64,000 nt of DNA from a bacterium. Its GTDB lineage: Bacteria > Hydrothermota > DG-26 > JAUXAN01. The translations under genes and the position numbers were made by a program. The stretch covers positions 21,958-85,957 of the forward strand of contig JAUXAN010000003.1 in assembly GCA_030619885.1 (NCBI GenBank), given 5' to 3'. The notes beneath the pieces are model-generated. The model was not told the DNA's origin. It saw nothing but the letters and a program-made list of their open reading frames with translations, and searched no databases. Of this stretch, positions 39,292-48,835 are shown one piece after another; position 1 is the stretch's first letter; each line of letters starts with the position of its first letter.

Positions 39292-40658
39292 CCTATAACC
39301 AACCTTGTTTCAGGGAATTTTATCTTCTCTTCTTTTGGCAGTAGCACTGCTGATCCAATAGTGAGTGGTCCTATCCTGCCTGAGAGCATGGTTAAAATTA
39401 TTATTAACTTACCAAAGGGAGTGAAGTTATGGGCTAGACTCAAGTTTGGATTACTGAAAGAACCTAATGAGAGACCAACGGTTCCAAGTGCAGAGGTCTG
39501 TTCAAACAAAACTCCTAAAAACCCCTTATTTTTGCAGACTTCTCCTTCAGTAAAGAGCAGAATAAAGGTACCAAGTGAAATTATTGATCCAGCGATGACC
39601 GTTATTAGAAATGCCCTTCTAATTGTATCATCTGCTATTTGCCTTTTGAAAAGATTGACAGGTGAAGACCTGCTCATATTTTTTATAGAATGTAAAACTA
39701 TCCCGAAAGTGGTCGTTTTTACCCCGCCTCCAGTCCCCCCTGGTGATGCCCCCACAAACATGAAAAAAATTATGCATGCTATAGTTGGCAATGTGAAATT
39801 GCGTATATTGAATATAGAAAATCCGGCTGTTCTTGGTGTGGTTGCATGAAAAAAGGAGACCATCAGTTTATCTTTTAGCGCCATCTCGTTGAATGCATTC
39901 CCCCATTCATTGAAAAGAATCAAAATAGTTCCGCAAACAATGAGTGTCAGAGTGATGAGAATTGTAAACTTCGTATGTACAGAAACAGCCTTGGTTTCTC
40001 TCTTTAGATAGGTTTTGTACAAATCACTTATGCATATAAATCCGACACCGCCAATGATAAAAAGGACTGGTACTGTTATGGCGATAAAGAAGTCATTTTG
40101 ATAATTAACGAGATTTGTTGAAAAACAAGAAAAACCGGCGTTACAAAATGCAGAAATAGAATGGAAAATGGATACCCCTGCTGATTTCAGATATGGAAAA
40201 AAATTGGTGAATCTAAAAAACAGAATAAAAGCCCCTATGAATTCTAAAATGAGTGAAATCTGCAATACCCTTATAGAAAATTTAGCCAGGTCTTTAAATG
40301 TGAGTTGATTGAAGGATTCTTTTATGATCAATCTTTCTCTTAAAGATATTTTCCTTTTCAAAATTACCGAAAATGTTGTTGCAAGGGTCATATATCCGAT
40401 CCCACCGGCTTGTATCAGAAGGAGAATAATAACTTTTCCGAATAGAGAAAAATCGTATTCGGTATCTTTAACGATGAGACCTGTGACGCAGACTGCAGAG
40501 GTAGCGGTAAAGACTGAATCTATGAGTGAACACCTCTTTTGTGTAGATGAGAATGGCAGAGTCAAAAGCAGTGAACCAACAATGACGAAAAAGAGATATC
40601 CAAAAATGATGAATCTGGTTGGTGTGAGTTCTCTTCTATAAAAACTCCCTATACTCAT
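39288..40658 (-). CDS. ktrB: Ktr/Trk potassium uptake membrane subunit
   Basis: TSAVCVTGL, FCNAGFS, RTAGF, GASPGGTGGG, GTVGLS. Confidence 0.9.
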   Translation of the reverse strand: MSIGSFYRRELTPTRFIIFGYLFFVIVGSLLLTLPFSSTQKRCSLIDSVFTATSAVCVTGLIVKDTEYDFSLFGKVIILLLIQAGGIGYMTLATTFSVILKRKISLRERLIIKESFNQLTFKDLAKFSIRVLQISLILEFIGAFILFFRFTNFFPYLKSAGVSIFHSISAFCNAGFSCFSTNLVNYQNDFFIAITVPVLFIIGGVGFICISDLYKTYLKRETKAVSVHTKFTILITLTLIVCGTILILFNEWGNAFNEMALKDKLMVSFFHATTPRTAGFSIFNIRNFTLPTIACIIFFMFVGASPGGTGGGVKTTTFGIVLHSIKNMSRSSPVNLFKRQIADDTIRRAFLITVIAGSIISLGTFILLFTEGEVCKNKGFLGVLFEQTSALGTVGLSLGSFSNPNLSLAHNFTPFGKLIIILTMLSGRIGPLTIGSAVLLPKEEKIKFPETRLVIG

Positions 40659-40665
40659 CTCGAAT

Positions 40666-40694
40666 ATTATAGGTTATACAACAAAATCTGTCAA
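40666..40694 (-). promoter_or_regulatory. Consensus sigma70 promoter, probably leaderless, for ktrB operon
   Basis: Minus strand TTGACA-17-TATAAT, ATG 7 nt later. Confidence 0.85.
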
Positions 40695-40877
40695 GGAAAA
40701 AGAAACCATGAACACAGATTGGGATCAGTCCAACAAATTACAAATACGGACTGACTCGCTTTCATACGATAGAAATAGACTTCTTAATACAAATAAATGG
40801 ACGCTGATATTATTCGTGTAATTTGTGTGATTCGTGGGTTCTTTCTTCTTGACATTTCATCTTAATCAAAAATTTCT

Positions 40878-41651
40878 CTACACCTTTTTTAATCTTATCA
40901 TTAGAAAAACTGAAAATACGAGCAGAGATAAAGATGCAAACTGATTTATGGTAAATTCAATTCCCCATCGTTTTAAAATTATGTTACTTTCTTCGTAATA
41001 CCTTATGAAGTCTATAAAAAATCTAAATATCGAATAGGAGATTAAATAGAAGGAGAAAAGAAATCCATCGTATCTCCTCTTTCTACCAAGCACTATCAAT
41101 ACAAAGAAAATTAGAAATCCAGTGAGTGATGAGTAGAGTTGTGTAGGATGTATTGTTTCGGTTGGAAACTGATGGTAAGGGTAGGAGCCAGGAGGAAATC
41201 TCACACCACACCCTAACTGTGTCGGTTTACCGAAACAGCACCCGTTCAAAAAGCATCCGATTCTCACTATTCCTATACCAAGAGCGATGGCGGGTGCGGT
41301 GAAATCTGTGACCTTCCACACATTGAGTTTCTGCTTTTTCAGATAGAGGATACCCACCACCACCGCAGGAATCAATCCTCCATAGAAGGTGAGCCCTCCC
41401 TCCCATATCGCTACTACCCTCCACAGTTCGTCCCTATAATCACCGAGATGGGTGACTACGAAAAGAACCCTTGCACCTGCTATCGCTGTAATGAGAACCC
41501 AGAATGCGAAGTCATATATCTTCTGTGAGTCAATTCCATTTTTCTTCGCTTTGAATTCGACTATGTATATACCCAAAAATACAGCAATGGCAAGTGCCAC
41601 GCCATAGGAGTGAATGGCGAAGGGTCCAATTTTAAACAACGTAGGAGACAT
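40878..41651 (-). CDS. lgt: Prolipoprotein diacylglyceryl transferase
   Basis: WEGGLTFYGG, RIGCFLNGCCFG, HPTQLY. Confidence 0.94.
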   Translation of the reverse strand: MSPTLFKIGPFAIHSYGVALAIAVFLGIYIVEFKAKKNGIDSQKIYDFAFWVLITAIAGARVLFVVTHLGDYRDELWRVVAIWEGGLTFYGGLIPAVVVGILYLKKQKLNVWKVTDFTAPAIALGIGIVRIGCFLNGCCFGKPTQLGCGVRFPPGSYPYHQFPTETIHPTQLYSSLTGFLIFFVLIVLGRKRRYDGFLFSFYLISYSIFRFFIDFIRYYEESNIILKRWGIEFTINQFASLSLLVFSVFLMIRLKKV

Positions 41652-42850
41652 CAGTAGAAAAGCCTCCTTCTTTTGATATTCAATAAAAGCCCTACGGATA
41701 TGAGGGATACTACCAAAGAAGAACCCCCATAACTTATGAATGGAAGTGGCACCCCTGCAACAGGTAGTATACCGAGTGCCATACCAAGGTTTATTAGAGT
41801 CTGTGACAAAAACAGACTCACAATTCCACTGCCCAAAAGACTTGCAAAATTATTTTTGGTGTTCTTTGTTATAACTATTGCCCTGTATATCAAAATAAAG
41901 AAAAGTCCGATAACTACTGTACTCCCAATAAAGCCCATCTCCTCACATATTACAGAATAGATAAAATCTGTATGAACACCCGGTAAGAATGAGAGTTTTT
42001 TCTGTGTGCCTTGAAATAACCCTTTACCAAATAGACCTCCTGAACCGATGGCTATCTTCGACTGGATGATGCTCCATCCAAATCCCTTCGGGTCTGAACC
42101 TGGATTTATAAAAGAGAGTAACCTCTTCTGCTGGTATCCTTTCAAAGAACCCCAGAAGACCGGGGTGAGTATACCGATAACAGAATTTACTGAAAAGAGA
42201 CACAGGATTTCGGGAAATTTTATTCGAAAAAGAACCAGACATGTTAAAAGCAGAATTATGAAAACTATCCAACTGACAGGGTGAAAAGCAGTTGCTATAC
42301 TTAAAAGTGGGGTTACGAGCAGAAGTATATACAATGTGCGCACATTCCTCCACAACAGCATCCCCATTAAAATGCAGTAAAGGATAAAAGCGGTGGTTAG
42401 ATCTGGTTCCACAATGGTTAGGGCAAAAGGAATAAGAAAAACTAAAAAAGCAAAACATATCGCAGATAACTTCTGGGGGTTGAATTTTATATTGGATAAT
42501 AGATTTGCGAGGGCAATGATGAGCCCAAGTTTTGCAAATTCTGAAGGTTGGAAGCTTATTCCTCCGAATGATACCCATCTTTTAATAGACCCAGATGAGA
42601 ATAATAGAGGCATTGCAAGAAGAACAACTGTTAGAAAATATATGATATATCCGAATGCCCAGAAAGTCTTAAAGTGCATAATATAACTGAGGACGAGGAG
42701 TATTACACCGACTGTTAGTGCAAAGAAGTGGCGTTGAGGAAAGGTATTCGGTTGTAAATATTCCACCTGTGTCGAACTGTTTACCATTAAAAGTCCTAAA
42801 AGGACCAATCCCGCAGTTGTAAATAGTAAAGGTATATCAATTTCTCGCAT
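41651..42850 (-). CDS. rodA: Rod shape-determining protein RodA (start moved to MREID)
   Basis: FQPSEFAK, EPD, HTDFI, PLPFISYGGS. Confidence 0.93.
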   Translation of the reverse strand: MREIDIPLLFTTAGLVLLGLLMVNSSTQVEYLQPNTFPQRHFFALTVGVILLVLSYIMHFKTFWAFGYIIYFLTVVLLAMPLLFSSGSIKRWVSFGGISFQPSEFAKLGLIIALANLLSNIKFNPQKLSAICFAFLVFLIPFALTIVEPDLTTAFILYCILMGMLLWRNVRTLYILLLVTPLLSIATAFHPVSWIVFIILLLTCLVLFRIKFPEILCLFSVNSVIGILTPVFWGSLKGYQQKRLLSFINPGSDPKGFGWSIIQSKIAIGSGGLFGKGLFQGTQKKLSFLPGVHTDFIYSVICEEMGFIGSTVVIGLFFILIYRAIVITKNTKNNFASLLGSGIVSLFLSQTLINLGMALGILPVAGVPLPFISYGGSSLVVSLISVGLLLNIKRRRLFY

Positions 42851-44540
42851 ACAGGTATCTTTCAAGTATTTTTTTTGCGAGTGGAGCAGCAACACCTCCA
42901 CCCGTACCTATATTCTCAATAAATAAACAGAGGGCAATCCTGGGGTTCTCTACTGGAGCATAACAGTAGAAGATGGCGTGGTCTTCCCCCCAAGGGTTTT
43001 CAGCAGTCCCGGTTTTACCAGCGATTCTAATTTTGGAACTCCGAGCTAAGCCCCCAGTTCCATGTGGTGCATTAACCACATCATCCATAGCAGTTTTTAG
43101 AAACTCTATAGTCTCTTTTGACATTGGTAGTTGCTTAAAAGTAGGTTTAAACTCGTATAATATCTTTCCATCAGTATCAACTATTTTCTTAACTATGTGA
43201 GGTGTAAAAGATTTACCACCTGCCCCTATTGCCGAAGCGAACTGCACTAACTGTAAGGGTGTAACTAATATCTCTCCCTGTCCAATTGATAGATTCAATA
43301 CCACACCCTCAGACCATTTCCCCTTTCCAAATTTCTTATCATACCATTTTGAATTTGGTACAAGTCCTCTATTTTCATTTAAAAGATCCACCCCGACAAG
43401 GTCTCCAAAACCGTATTTTCGTACATTTTCACATAACCGATTCAGTCCAATCTCTTGTCCCAACTGGTAGAAATAGATATCGCATGACTGAATTATTGCA
43501 TCTTTGAGTAAAACTTTACCGTGAGGTTTCCAGCACTTGAATACCCGTCTTCCAAATCGATATTCTCCAGTGCATTTTTTGAATTTTTTCTCCTCTTTTA
43601 TTACATCACAATCTAAACCACATCCAGCCACGGCGAGTTTGAATACAGACCCTGGAGGGTAGCCACTCGAAATTGCACGATTGTACAATGGAGAATTAGG
43701 GTCGCTTGAGAGAGATTCCCACATTTCACAAATTTCATTCGGGTCAAAATTGGGTTTAGAAAGCATTGCTAATATTTCGCCTGACTGCGGATCCATCGCC
43801 ACGCAGGCACCAGCACCGAATTCTTCCAAAGTCTCTTCAACTATTTTCTGCAGTTTGAAGTCTATTGTGAGATAGATATCATTTCCAGGCACAGGATCTC
43901 TCCCTTTCTTCTCAGAAAAAATTTCCAATTCTCTGCCTCTCGCATCCATCTCTATGTATTCTGCCCCATCTTCACCTCTCAAAAAGCCCTCGTATTTACT
44001 TTCAACCCCCATCAATCCGATCTGAACCCCATACTGATATACATCGGAAATTTCGCCCACATACCCAAGGATATGTGAGGCAAATCTTTCATAGATATAT
44101 TTTCTTCTGGGCTCCACCTCAACAGAAACCTCGGGAAACTCTTCGTTCCTTTCCTTTAGATAGGTTACTATGTTCAAATCTACACCCCTTTTTAATCTCA
44201 CAGGTGAAAAAAATCCACGATGTGGCACAAGCCGTTTCTCAATCGTTTTTGCCTCTATACCTAATGTCCTTGATAGGTGCTCAATCTCGTCTTTCTTTCC
44301 ATCTATCTCAGGGGTTACATAGATGGAAAATTTGGCTTCGTTATCTACTAAAAGGACTTGATTTCGATCAAATATCTTTCCTCTCGGTGCTCGTATTATC
44401 GAAATCTTAACTCTGTTTTTTTCCGAAAGTGTTGCATATCTTTCGAATTGAAATAACTGAAGGTGTGCAGATTTGAAAAGTAGGGACAAAAATCCGCATA
44501 CGCAGATGAATATAAATATCTTTACCCTTGCTTTTGACAT
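42837..44540 (-). CDS. mrdA: Penicillin-binding protein 2
   Basis: PGSVFK, SCD, KTGTA motifs; mre operon context. Confidence 0.93.
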   Translation of the reverse strand: MSKARVKIFIFICVCGFLSLLFKSAHLQLFQFERYATLSEKNRVKISIIRAPRGKIFDRNQVLLVDNEAKFSIYVTPEIDGKKDEIEHLSRTLGIEAKTIEKRLVPHRGFFSPVRLKRGVDLNIVTYLKERNEEFPEVSVEVEPRRKYIYERFASHILGYVGEISDVYQYGVQIGLMGVESKYEGFLRGEDGAEYIEMDARGRELEIFSEKKGRDPVPGNDIYLTIDFKLQKIVEETLEEFGAGACVAMDPQSGEILAMLSKPNFDPNEICEMWESLSSDPNSPLYNRAISSGYPPGSVFKLAVAGCGLDCDVIKEEKKFKKCTGEYRFGRRVFKCWKPHGKVLLKDAIIQSCDIYFYQLGQEIGLNRLCENVRKYGFGDLVGVDLLNENRGLVPNSKWYDKKFGKGKWSEGVVLNLSIGQGEILVTPLQLVQFASAIGAGGKSFTPHIVKKIVDTDGKILYEFKPTFKQLPMSKETIEFLKTAMDDVVNAPHGTGGLARSSKIRIAGKTGTAENPWGEDHAIFYCYAPVENPRIALCLFIENIGTGGGVAAPLAKKILERYLYARN

Positions 44541-44992
44541 AATCTATTAAGTATCTGAAAAACCAACACTCCAGCGACTCCAGTATAGAAAGTAGACGGA
44601 ATGATGGATAGAACAAGAATTTCAGGAAAACTTTTGACGGACATTATCAACGAATAAAGAGTCAGATAAAATAGACTCGATAGAAAAAGGACCAGAAACT
44701 GGGCATATACCTTAGTTTTATCAATTTTATTCGCTATATTGCTGAGAAAGAATCCAACTATGGAAAAGATTAGAGCCTGAGCACCTAAATAGCGTGGAGA
44801 GAAACAATCTAAGAGAAATCCACCGATAAAACCAAATAGTGTCCCCCTTTTAATTCCCGAGTCCATTGAAATATAGATGAGAAAAATGAACAAAAAATAT
44901 GGGCGCACATACCCGATCGAAATTAACCTGCTTACAGTTGTATCGAGTGACAATCCTATAAATATGAGCAAGATAGAGATGAAGATATTCAT
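44522..44992 (-). CDS. mreD: Rod shape-determining protein MreD
   Basis: Hydrophobic, GFIGGFLLD; position in operon. Confidence 0.85.
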   Translation of the reverse strand: MNIFISILLIFIGLSLDTTVSRLISIGYVRPYFLFIFLIYISMDSGIKRGTLFGFIGGFLLDCFSPRYLGAQALIFSIVGFFLSNIANKIDKTKVYAQFLVLFLSSLFYLTLYSLIMSVKSFPEILVLSIIPSTFYTGVAGVLVFQILNRLCQKQG

Positions 44993-45849
44993 TCAGTTAT
45001 TTCTTCAACAAAGGGTGGAATTTCAAGAGATTCAGCTTCAATAGTGCGGATCAGTTTCTTTTCTTCCTTTGTAAAAAGTTTCTCTTCACTCCTGCCCAGA
45101 ACCACGAATACAAAATTTATCTTGGGAAAATTTACATAAGGTTTGACCCGTATCTTTTTGAAAAGTCCCATGTATTCTTCCCCTATCTCTTTGACAACCC
45201 CTATTTTCAGTCCTCCAGGAAAAATCCCTCCAATATCGGATGCAACGATTTCATCATTGAGTGAAATATTACTCTCTTTGGGGACGAAATTTAAAAAGAG
45301 ATCGTATGCACCCTTCGATTCAAGAATTCCACAAACTCCTGTCCGTTTAACTATCGAGCCCACCTTACACCCCCTATCCAGAATGGTCTGAACCGAAGCA
45401 GCATTCGGGAAGACCTCAATGACCTTTCCAATCAAGCCCTGATAGGAGACTACTGACATACCAGTTTCTATTCCATCTTTAAATCCTTTGTCAATAGTGA
45501 GGATTCTTATGGGACCTCCTACATCTTTGCCTATAATTTCACATGGGAGCAGATTAAAAATCCCTTCTCGTTTAAATTCTAAAAGGGGTCTCAACTGTTC
45601 GTTCTCGAATTTGTATTCATATAGTTGGGCATTTTCTAAAGCGAGTTTAGTAGCAATACTTGTAAGTCTCTGATTTTCTTTATAAACAGAAAAGATATTT
45701 TCTAAAAAAGTGATGCTTTTATTGATTGGAAAAGCGAGTGAAAAACTCACAACCCTAGCGGTTTTTAATTTACGGTTCTGGTCAAGTAGAATAAAACACA
45801 GTGATAAAAAAAATAGTATAAAAAAAAGGAGAGTGTTTGATTTTTTCAT
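44989..45849 (-). CDS. mreC: Rod shape-determining protein MreC
   Basis: TM, coiled coil ENEQLR, IDKG, GGIFPGG. Confidence 0.9.
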   Translation of the reverse strand: MKKSNTLLFFILFFLSLCFILLDQNRKLKTARVVSFSLAFPINKSITFLENIFSVYKENQRLTSIATKLALENAQLYEYKFENEQLRPLLEFKREGIFNLLPCEIIGKDVGGPIRILTIDKGFKDGIETGMSVVSYQGLIGKVIEVFPNAASVQTILDRGCKVGSIVKRTGVCGILESKGAYDLFLNFVPKESNISLNDEIVASDIGGIFPGGLKIGVVKEIGEEYMGLFKKIRVKPYVNFPKINFVFVVLGRSEEKLFTKEEKKLIRTIEAESLEIPPFVEEITE

Positions 45850-46895
45850 TCTCTCTTTGACTTCATAAGAAGTTTTTCATATTTAGAAAGATTATCCAGT
45901 ATCTTACCAGCGCCAAGTACTACGCATTCAATTGGATCGTTCACAGATTTGATTACCAAATCGGTCTCCGCCTTTATTAAATCGCCGAGCCCGTGCAGTA
46001 GAGAACCTCCACCTGCCATATAGATACCCCTATCAACTATGTCGGAAGCAAGTTCCGGGGGCGTCTTTTCCAAAGTCAGTTTAAGTGCTTCGACTATCAT
46101 ACTCACGGGTTCTTTCAACGCTTCCCTCATCTCTTTTGAATTGGTATCTATCGTTTTAGGTATGCCCTTGACCAGGTCTACCCCTTTTACACTCATCGAT
46201 GTTTCATCTTCAAGGGAGTAGGCAGAGCCGATATTTATCTTTACCATCTCGGCGGTCTGGTCTCCAATCAGGAGGTTATATTTCTTCTTTATATATAGAA
46301 CGATAGCATTATCCATCTCATCTCCTGCCACTCTGATAGAAGAGTTAGAGACTATTCCCGAGAGGGATATGACAGCAATCTCTGTTGTGCCTCCACCAAT
46401 GTCTATGATCATATTACCCGAAGCTTCCTCTACAGGCAGACCTACACCAATCGATGCGGATATAGGTTCGGAGACTAAATAAACATCTCGTGCACCTGCA
46501 TGTTCTACAGAGTCTCTTACTGCCCTCATCTCGACGGCTGTGATACCAGATGGGACACAGACGATAATCTTGGGTTTGAGCAGAGATCTCCGTTTAATCG
46601 ATTTTGAGATAAACCCACGGAGCATGTGCTCAACAACCTCAAAATCGGCAATGACCCCATCTTTCATCGGTCTGACGGCTCTGATTTTATCGGGTGTCTT
46701 CCCAAGCATATTCTTAGCCTTTTTGCCAAAGACGATGGGTCTATTCGTTTTATTATCCAGTGCGACCACAGACGGTTCGTTCAAAACTATTCCCTGACCT
46801 TTTACATATATCAATGTCGTGGATGTTCCAAGGTCTATTGCTATATCGGTTGTTATCATTTTAGAAAAACTATTTTTAAGAAATTTAAATCTCAC
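45846..46895 (-). CDS. mreB: Rod shape-determining protein MreB
   Basis: IDLGT, EPSVVA, DIGGGTTE, PPEL. Confidence 0.97.
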   Translation of the reverse strand: MRFKFLKNSFSKMITTDIAIDLGTSTTLIYVKGQGIVLNEPSVVALDNKTNRPIVFGKKAKNMLGKTPDKIRAVRPMKDGVIADFEVVEHMLRGFISKSIKRRSLLKPKIIVCVPSGITAVEMRAVRDSVEHAGARDVYLVSEPISASIGVGLPVEEASGNMIIDIGGGTTEIAVISLSGIVSNSSIRVAGDEMDNAIVLYIKKKYNLLIGDQTAEMVKINIGSAYSLEDETSMSVKGVDLVKGIPKTIDTNSKEMREALKEPVSMIVEALKLTLEKTPPELASDIVDRGIYMAGGGSLLHGLGDLIKAETDLVIKSVNDPIECVVLGAGKILDNLSKYEKLLMKSKRE

Positions 46896-46943
46896 AGATC
46901 CTCCTTCAGTCTTAATATTATTATATATTTAAAACACTAACAG

Positions 46944-47119
46944 TGTCAAGGAAAAAAAAACCACAGTTTTCACAGACTAAGGCACAGAAGTCCCTATGGA
47001 TCCGTATGGAAGGAATAGGAGAAGAAAAAAATATTCAAATTTCTACTTTCCATACGGATCCCATATCCCTACGAATCCGTATGGACAGGTCTGCGACCTG
47101 TGGAAAATTTATACTTGAT
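46944..47119. repeat. Composite intergenic repeat; last 32 bp identical to 48735-48766
   Basis: tgtcaag..accacag..cacaga; three TCCGTATGG half-sites; ggtctgcgacctgtggaaaatttatacttgat. Confidence 0.8.
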
Positions 47120-47129
47120 TGTAGAGCTT

Positions 47130-47600
47130 TTAAGATGTAATATCCAAGTCCTTCTCTTCTTTTTTAAAGATTTTTATTACTTCTTTTACATTCCTCGCTT
47201 TTAATAAAGATGCTCTAAACGAATCCTGATTGAATAGCCTAAATATCCTTACCATATATTCTACGGATTCATCAACCCTGTTATGAGGTATACCACAAAA
47301 CATGAGGATTCTAACTTTTGCATTATCGAGAGACTCATAATCTATTGGTTCTTTTGTGATGATAAAAGAAAAACAGAAATCCTCAATGAACTCTGAACAC
47401 GCCCTGGGAATTGCCACTCCCTTTCCAACGCCAGTCGAAAGAAGTCTCTCGCGAGTCATAATTTTTTTTATCACTTCTTCAATGTTTTTTATCTTCCCTG
47501 AGTTATAGGCGAGTTCAACAAGTCTTCTAACTGTCTCTGACTTGGTTTTGACATCGAGATTAATTTCGATTACCTGTTCGTTTAACAGTTCTATTAGCAT
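47130..47600 (-). CDS. PTS EIIA (fructose/Ntr type)-like protein lacking the catalytic His (start moved to MLIEL)
   Basis: RERLLSTGVGKGVAIPR (His replaced by Arg), DYESLD. Confidence 0.8.
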   Translation of the reverse strand: MLIELLNEQVIEINLDVKTKSETVRRLVELAYNSGKIKNIEEVIKKIMTRERLLSTGVGKGVAIPRACSEFIEDFCFSFIITKEPIDYESLDNAKVRILMFCGIPHNRVDESVEYMVRIFRLFNQDSFRASLLKARNVKEVIKIFKKEEKDLDITS

Positions 47601-48619
47601 ATTCTCGGTAGTTGTTCCCCCTCCAGCATCAAAAGCGGTCTCTTTCCACCTGTTAGAGTTGAAATCCATACACCGTTGGGACTGGCGATGACCTTTCCTA
47701 TAATCGCTGCATCCCTACCGTATCTATTTTTCTTCATCTTCGCAACGATCGACTCTGATGCATCTTTGGATGCTACGCATATCAATTTCCCTTCATTTGC
47801 AGCATATAACGGATTTAGTCCTAAAAGTTCACAGACTGCTCTAACACCCTCTTTAATGGGTATACGATCCTCATAAATGAGTATACCAACCTCAGACTTT
47901 GATGTGATTTCATTCAAGGCTGTTGCTATGCCGCCCCTTGTAGGATCCCGTAGGGTATGTATCTCATTGCCGGATTCTCCAAAAGAAGTTGCGGACAATA
48001 TATCTTCGACTAGCGAATTTAAAGGTGCTGTATCAGATGAAATTTTGGTATTCAGGCCAAAATCTTCTCTAACAGTTAACACAGCTACCTCGTGGTCGCC
48101 CACCGAGCCTGATAGGATAACTCTATCGCTGATTTGAGCATTACTCCCTGAAATATTGAGTTTATTATCGACAATTCCTACCCCTGTAGTGGTAATAAAA
48201 AGATTATTTCTGCCTTGATATTCAATGACTTTAGTATCTCCTGTGATAATTTTTATGCCAGCCTCTTGTGCAGTCTTACTCATAGAACGAACGACCTTTT
48301 CCAGGATTGAAATCTCAATGCCCTCTTCAATAATGAAGGAAGCAGAGAGGTAAAGGGGTTTAGCGCCACACATACAGAGGTCGTTGATAGTACCACAGAC
48401 AGAGAGTTTACCAATGTCTCCTCCGGGGAAAAAGAGTGGGTGCACAACATAAGAATCCGTAGTGAAGGCAAAATTAAAATTTTTGTGTAAAAATATTGCA
48501 GAGTCATCGAGTTTATTCAGAAGTGGATTGGAGAAATATTTAATGAATACATCCTGGATGAGGAGATGCATTTTCTCGCCTCCACTGCCGTGTGAAAGAA
48601 GAATCCTGTTGTTTTTCAT
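47594..48619 (-). CDS. hypE: Hydrogenase maturation protein HypE
   Basis: HGSGG, TTDSYVV..FFPGGDIG, RDPTRGG, C-terminal PRIC. Confidence 0.95.
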   Translation of the reverse strand: MKNNRILLSHGSGGEKMHLLIQDVFIKYFSNPLLNKLDDSAIFLHKNFNFAFTTDSYVVHPLFFPGGDIGKLSVCGTINDLCMCGAKPLYLSASFIIEEGIEISILEKVVRSMSKTAQEAGIKIITGDTKVIEYQGRNNLFITTTGVGIVDNKLNISGSNAQISDRVILSGSVGDHEVAVLTVREDFGLNTKISSDTAPLNSLVEDILSATSFGESGNEIHTLRDPTRGGIATALNEITSKSEVGILIYEDRIPIKEGVRAVCELLGLNPLYAANEGKLICVASKDASESIVAKMKKNRYGRDAAIIGKVIASPNGVWISTLTGGKRPLLMLEGEQLPRIC

Positions 48620-48658
48620 AGGCGAGCTTTCAATCTATTTATAATATTTACTACAATC

Positions 48659-48766
48659 TGTCAAGAAAAAAGACACCATAGATTAACACAGAGTAAAGCA
48701 CAGGAAATCTTTCTCCATTTCTCCTTTCCATACGGGTCTGCGACCTGTGGAAAATTTATACTTGAT
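48659..48766. repeat. Composite intergenic repeat related to 46944-47119
   Basis: tgtcaag..accatagattaacacaga; ttccatacgg; 32-bp identical tail. Confidence 0.8.
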
Positions 48767-48835
48767 ATGACTGGCTTTTTTCTTGACAAGATACCATTTT
48801 TTTATTGTATTAGAGTATACTAAAACTTGGGAGGA

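Noticed and set aside
46943-47140. 65-aa ORF
   Set aside because: It is a translation of the composite repeat region.
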